32,000 bases of DNA, taken from Bacillus phage PBS1. The position numbers and the translations under genes were made by a program. The notes under the pieces were generated by a model. The model had not been told where the DNA came from. It did no database searches and saw only the letters and a list, made by a program, of their open reading frames with translations. This document shows positions 26,928 through 32,000 of the stretch, one piece after another (position 1 is the stretch's first letter; each line of letters opens with the position of its first letter). Where the stretch lies: the sequence record NC_043027.1. One strand, written 5' to 3'.

Positions 26928-27347
26928 ATGTGGAAACAAGCATTAAAATTAAAAGGTACAAAAGATTTAATTGATGAAGAAATTATTAACTTAGATGATG
27001 TAATTCTAACAAAACCTGTTTACAATAAAGTAAAGAATACTATTGAAAAAGCAATTGCACGCAATGAATTAGTTACTACTAATTTAAAAGGAGTAGGAAA
27101 GACAACTGCTGTTATTAAATTAGCTAAGAAGTATGATCTGAGTGTAGTTACTCTTCATTCTGAAGTAGAAGAATTATCAGAAAAGTTTAATTATGGTAGA
27201 ATTTATTCTTTACAGATGATAACTGGAAATTTAGATGATTATAAAAATCATAAATTTATTGTAGACTGCGGAAGAAATACTGAGGGAGTAATTAATGCAT
27301 TAAGAAATAATGGTCTTAATGTAATTTCAGGTGTTATATGTAATTAA
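26928..27347 (+). CDS. Small P-loop-like protein (139 aa)
   Basis: NLKGVGKTTAVIKLAKKYDLSVVTLHSEVEELS: Walker-A-like GVGKTT, first Gly of the canonical GxxxxGKT absent. AGGGGG RBS. Confidence 0.6.
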   Translation: MWKQALKLKGTKDLIDEEIINLDDVILTKPVYNKVKNTIEKAIARNELVTTNLKGVGKTTAVIKLAKKYDLSVVTLHSEVEELSEKFNYGRIYSLQMITGNLDDYKNHKFIVDCGRNTEGVINALRNNGLNVISGVICN

Positions 27348-27349
27348 TA

Positions 27350-27389
27350 AAAACGATAAATCATATTATATAATATGATTTATCGTTTT
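27350..27389. terminator. Bidirectional terminator between convergent genes
   Basis: 40-nt perfect palindrome AAAACGATAAATCATATTATATAATATGATTTATCGTTTT between the plus-strand stop (27347) and minus-strand stop (27393). Confidence 0.85.
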
Positions 27390-27392
27390 ACT

Positions 27393-28232
27393 CTATTTAT
27401 TAAAGAATCTAGGAAGGGCTTTTCTTAATTGTTCTCCATCAAACTCTACTAATCTTAGAGTATTTAGTGTTTCCAATAGAGTGTAATCAAATAGGCTTTC
27501 AGCCATTGCTTGTTCAAGAATTTCCTGATCTACTTCAGTCTTTTCATTCTCTTTTAAAGCCATTTTAACATTTTGAACCTGAAGATTTTTAAATAGAGTA
27601 TCTTTTGGTTTAATTGGGCTTTCAGATTCACTAATAGCTACAGCAATATCTCTTTCAGTTTTAACAACATTAACTACTTTATTGGTAATTACCTCGGATA
27701 CATACTCAACATACGTTTTAATATCCTTATTAAATGATTCACTAACGATTTTTACATCCTCTTCATTATCTTTAACTGGGAACATTTTTTCAATATGATA
27801 TTCAATTGACTCCATAACACTTTGCATTGTAGTACTTTTAACCATTTCAAAAGTTCCATTTGAAATAAGATTATCAGTAATTCCTTTAACTTGTTTAGTC
27901 ATATATTCTTTGTTTAATTTTTTAACATCTTCATCAAGAGGTAGAGCGTTATATACTACACTAGATAAAAAATGTTCAAGTAATTCTTTAGACTGTTGAC
28001 TTTCAAATTGTTTCTTTTCAATAAGTCTAGCTCTCTTTTGTCTAGCACGTTTATTACCAGCTAGGAAGGCAACTTCATTATTTGTCTCTTCAATATTATT
28101 TATAACGCTCTCATTAAATACTTCTTCCTGTTTTTTACCTTCAGATAAAACTTCAGAAAATCCAAGTGATTGATTAAACCGTCTCTTTCTAAACTTTGTA
28201 TTTTTACTGGAAAATGTTTCCATTAAGTTCAC
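27393..28232 (-). CDS. Hypothetical phage protein (279 aa)
   Basis: Long ORF starting near a GGTGA RBS; charged, helix-rich. Confidence 0.65.
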   Translation of the reverse strand: MNLMETFSSKNTKFRKRRFNQSLGFSEVLSEGKKQEEVFNESVINNIEETNNEVAFLAGNKRARQKRARLIEKKQFESQQSKELLEHFLSSVVYNALPLDEDVKKLNKEYMTKQVKGITDNLISNGTFEMVKSTTMQSVMESIEYHIEKMFPVKDNEEDVKIVSESFNKDIKTYVEYVSEVITNKVVNVVKTERDIAVAISESESPIKPKDTLFKNLQVQNVKMALKENEKTEVDQEILEQAMAESLFDYTLLETLNTLRLVEFDGEQLRKALPRFFNK

Positions 28233-28239
28233 CCTCTTT

Positions 28240-30954
28240 TTAGATATAATTAATTGTTATCGTATGTGTATAATACTGTTCAACACCCAAATCAGTATTA
28301 TTTGAAGATAATTGCTTTCTTAGGTTTAAATATTCAGGTACATAATCAATAATTTCTTGTTTAGTCATATCTAAGAATGATGAATGACTAGATTCAATCT
28401 TTTGTACAACTTTATCATTAATTGAATTAAACTCAATATATCTTATGATATCAAAATTCTCTTCTAATCGTCTGATTAAATTAGAAATAGGGAAAATTTC
28501 TTCATCATTACAGCTTTCTACAAAATCTGAAATATAGCTTTTAATTGCAATATCTGTTTCACTTGTAACGGCATTATTAGCGTATATAGTGAGATTAAGG
28601 TCAAGATCAATTCTATCCAGACCCTTTAATATATACTTATTCTGAGTACTATCCCAAACTTTTCCTGTATCATACCAAGATGATTTACCATAAGTGTTAT
28701 AAAATTTAACATCAATACTTGTATTATTCTCAAGTTTATCCATATTGTCCGTTAGAGATAAAATAAATTTATCCATTAAATCATAGACTAACGGATAATT
28801 ATATTGAAAATAAGTATATTCAATTAATGGAATCGATTTTAATTTAAAACCACTTTCAGTTGGAAATATATTACTCTCAATTACATTAGACATATTTGAG
28901 AATAGATTTATAGGATCATCATTTCTTAGTAGACATACTACACCAAAATCAGTCATATCTGGCATTTTTAATACATCTGTAGTCTTTTCAGTACTAAAAT
29001 CATTTTTATAGAGAATTACAACATCAAGATTAACATCACTATCAATAAATGCATTTTTAACAGTAGTCATCCCTTCATTATCCAAAATAGGACTTGAATC
29101 AAGAGTATAAAGACTATTATAAATATTCAATTTGTTATTGCTAATTGAATTCCACTTTTCTGTTGCTAGATACCCTTCATATAATAACTCTGTATCACTA
29201 GTTCTATTGAAATCAAAATAGCCATATATTTCCCCAGTAGTTGATTTAAGTATCCCTCGTATCTTAACATTATCATCAAAATTGTCATCAATTAAGTTTG
29301 TTACAAGTGATAGATTAAATTTATATACATCTTCTGACATATTATCTCTAGTTAAATCAAAAGATGATACCATAAATTGATAAGGAATACTTGGATTAAT
29401 ATAATTATAGGATAAGCTAACATCTTTATTTGCATGAGTTTTATAGTAAATGGATGATAAAACAGGATCCTTTTCTACTTTAATAAGATAAGGAATTGCA
29501 TATACTAAATATTTTGGATTATTAAGATACTCTTCTACCTCTAATTTGTGCCAAACCATAAAATAGATATCATTTTCAATATCATAAATTACTGCACTAT
29601 TTTCTGGAATAATATAATTATTATTTGACATTTCATTATTACTAATAAATAATGAAGGAATAGTTGTTGTTGGCATCACCATATTCTCATTGTTTCTCAA
29701 AAGAATATATGAATTCCATAGTCTCTTAATTGCATCATTTCTCTTTTTAATGAACTTAATCTTACTGTTATTTATCTTATCAGAAGAATTAATCTTATTG
29801 AAGTATAAGTCTAGATCATAATCTGTAATAAGATTATCTCTCACTAAATAATCTTCAATTAATTTATTTTTAATATCAGCATAAGAAGGTTTATCAGCAC
29901 CTCCAGAAGCATCAGTAATAGGTTGAATATAAATAGGTATTCTACCCATTTCAGTATCATTTAGATAGTTGATAAGAATTTCTCCACTAAATGAGAAATT
30001 AGCGGTTGATCCGTCAGTAGTAAATATTTCTACTTCTAAAGTTGAATTAAAACGTGGTCTGAAATTATTTGGTAAGGCAGAAAATGATATTTCAATTTTA
30101 TTGTCATCTATAAAAGTGTAATAACAATACTTTTCATCTTCAGGAGGTGTATAAGTGTTATTAAAGTAAGTTTTTAATAATTCACGTTCTCCATTATATG
30201 TGTAGTATACATTAAAATAGGCAAGTTGTCCTTGATAGTTAATATCATAAAATAAATTTTCCGATATATCTTCTGATGAGACAGTGATTGAACTGGTATC
30301 TTTTTCCATTTGATAAATATCTACACCCATGAAAATATATTTCTCACCATTATAGTTGGCTTCCCATAGTTTTAGATAGGGATTCTTAACTGTAAAAAAT
30401 GGAAAAGTAGATTCATCGTACATGTATCTAGCGATTACACTATAATCATTATTAACATTATTTGCCTTAAAGATTAATTGAATTGGAAATGGAATCATGA
30501 AATTATAATCCCCAACACTAAGCAAATAATCATTATTTATGATAAACTCATAAGCACTATCAGAATCTGATAGATTCTCATCTGAATCAATTTTTCTAAA
30601 TTTTGTACTATTTATAACATCACTTTTCTTTACACTAAAGTTAATCTTCATATGTGATGGTGTTGCCATAGAGATCTGTGAATTTTGTACTTTAGCAAAA
30701 TTATAAATAGATTTTGGAATAGATGCTGTGTTTAGGAAATGTTCATCATACAGGATATTTCTATGATAAATATTATTCTTTATCTCATTGGACATAACTT
30801 CATTATTATATCCAAATAAACCTGCTTTAAGTAAACTAATACTCACTTCATCATTATCATCAATTCCAAAATATTTTTTAGCGATTTCTAGCCATTTATC
30901 CTCAATACTATAAGATGTATTATTGACTGTTATAATACTATTCTCTTCTGCCAT
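28240..30954 (-). CDS. Large putative virion structural protein (904 aa)
   Basis: Long ORF with many beta-strand-like segments, in an operon with flanking minus-strand genes. Confidence 0.6.
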   Translation of the reverse strand: MAEENSIITVNNTSYSIEDKWLEIAKKYFGIDDNDEVSISLLKAGLFGYNNEVMSNEIKNNIYHRNILYDEHFLNTASIPKSIYNFAKVQNSQISMATPSHMKINFSVKKSDVINSTKFRKIDSDENLSDSDSAYEFIINNDYLLSVGDYNFMIPFPIQLIFKANNVNNDYSVIARYMYDESTFPFFTVKNPYLKLWEANYNGEKYIFMGVDIYQMEKDTSSITVSSEDISENLFYDINYQGQLAYFNVYYTYNGERELLKTYFNNTYTPPEDEKYCYYTFIDDNKIEISFSALPNNFRPRFNSTLEVEIFTTDGSTANFSFSGEILINYLNDTEMGRIPIYIQPITDASGGADKPSYADIKNKLIEDYLVRDNLITDYDLDLYFNKINSSDKINNSKIKFIKKRNDAIKRLWNSYILLRNNENMVMPTTTIPSLFISNNEMSNNNYIIPENSAVIYDIENDIYFMVWHKLEVEEYLNNPKYLVYAIPYLIKVEKDPVLSSIYYKTHANKDVSLSYNYINPSIPYQFMVSSFDLTRDNMSEDVYKFNLSLVTNLIDDNFDDNVKIRGILKSTTGEIYGYFDFNRTSDTELLYEGYLATEKWNSISNNKLNIYNSLYTLDSSPILDNEGMTTVKNAFIDSDVNLDVVILYKNDFSTEKTTDVLKMPDMTDFGVVCLLRNDDPINLFSNMSNVIESNIFPTESGFKLKSIPLIEYTYFQYNYPLVYDLMDKFILSLTDNMDKLENNTSIDVKFYNTYGKSSWYDTGKVWDSTQNKYILKGLDRIDLDLNLTIYANNAVTSETDIAIKSYISDFVESCNDEEIFPISNLIRRLEENFDIIRYIEFNSINDKVVQKIESSHSSFLDMTKQEIIDYVPEYLNLRKQLSSNNTDLGVEQYYTHTITINYI

Positions 30955-30965
30955 TGTGTCTCCTC

Positions 30966-31898
30966 CTATTTAAAGAATTTAAGTTTAAATGATGTCTTTG
31001 GATGTAGAGAATCATTTTCATAAGGATCAGTTTTAACAACAAGAACTTTAGTTGCTTTCACATTAGATTCAGTAAAGTTATAAGGTAATAAATCATTCGT
31101 TGTATAGGGAATAACACCTTTATTAGAACCTTCAGTTGAATATCTTAACGCTTCAGAATCTAATGTTGCTACTTTATTAAAGTCCATAAGGATTGCTGGA
31201 TCTAGATCTTCTTTGAACGAGTAACTATATTCTACTGATATTTCTGGAATATCATGATCCTTGCCATCAGTTGCTAGGTTAGCATAGGGAACTGAAATAG
31301 GAACTGCACCAGTATATTTAGAGAAATATAAAATAGTCTCACCATCAAAATCTAAAAGAAAGTAGTAAATTGAACTCACATAGTCTAAATATCTCTTTTT
31401 TATAGCATCTTTTGAAGGTGAAAATGTACCACGTCTTACATTTTCAGTATATTCTACCCATGCCTTATGTAACTTAATAATGGGTAGACTTTTATATTCC
31501 TCAAATTTAACAGTAGTAGTATCACCAACTAGACTATCTACAAGTGAAATTGGTAAAGTTTGTTTATATCCATAGAATGTTTCTCCAACATCAATTGTCC
31601 TTGCCGCTAAATCCTTACCATCCATTCCTCTAAATGCATTTGTTAAAATTTTAATAAATGGACTAACTGTTTTTCCATTAGTAGTTAGTGCATTAAAAAG
31701 ATCAGGTTCTAATGTTTCTAAATACATTAGAAAACTATCTCTTCGAGTGTTAAGTTTATCTAGATTTAATTTTGGTGTAGTAATAAAAATGTATGGTATA
31801 CCTTTTACTAATACATCATGATCTTTTGGATCTCCTCTTCTATATACATCATATTCTTTGATTATATCAATATGAGGATATAAGTTGAACTCAGACAT
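30966..31898 (-). CDS. Putative virion structural protein (310 aa)
   Basis: MSEFNLYPHIDIIKEYDVYRRGDPKDHDVLVKGIPYIFITTPKLNLD...; RBS AGGAGG upstream. Confidence 0.6.
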   Translation of the reverse strand: MSEFNLYPHIDIIKEYDVYRRGDPKDHDVLVKGIPYIFITTPKLNLDKLNTRRDSFLMYLETLEPDLFNALTTNGKTVSPFIKILTNAFRGMDGKDLAARTIDVGETFYGYKQTLPISLVDSLVGDTTTVKFEEYKSLPIIKLHKAWVEYTENVRRGTFSPSKDAIKKRYLDYVSSIYYFLLDFDGETILYFSKYTGAVPISVPYANLATDGKDHDIPEISVEYSYSFKEDLDPAILMDFNKVATLDSEALRYSTEGSNKGVIPYTTNDLLPYNFTESNVKATKVLVVKTDPYENDSLHPKTSFKLKFFK

Positions 31899-32000
31899 TT
31901 ATAAACCTCCTAAAAGCGAATCTTTATTTAATTGTTCTAAGTAAAAGAAAACTCATTTTTCAAATATATATTATAAGAATGTTGAAGTAAGTAAATATCA

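Noticed and set aside
1-32000. tRNA genes or host integration signature
   Set aside because: No cloverleaf with a T-loop GTTCRA pattern, integrase or att-like repeat was recognised by eye. A tRNAscan-SE run would be the proper check.

Overview
AT-rich window from a large, probably Gram-positive-infecting (Bacillus-like) tailed phage. It carries a late/structural module: a 1925-aa tape-measure-like protein with an embedded lysozyme-like domain, baseplate/tail-fibre/pectate-lyase-fold spike proteins, a GH25 endolysin with three LysM repeats, several unknown virion-type proteins, and a RusA-like resolvase. The most notable signal is in the gaps between ORFs. (1) A minus-strand gene for a multisubunit RNA polymerase beta-subunit homologue runs from 5597 off the left edge. 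It is interrupted by four group I introns in about 2.4 kb (404-763, 942-1993, 2005-2339, 2418-2801), one carrying an HNH endonuclease ORF, and two of them are separated by a reconstructed 11-nt micro-exon. (2) A plus-strand structural gene (23303-25698) is interrupted by two more related group I introns (24329-24769, 24830-25311) separated by a 60-nt exon. The first of these contains an exact 60-bp tandem duplication of its P7/P9 region. Splice sites were inferred by hand from reading frame, exon homology, P1 and, in some cases, P10 pairings, so they need experimental or covariance-model confirmation.
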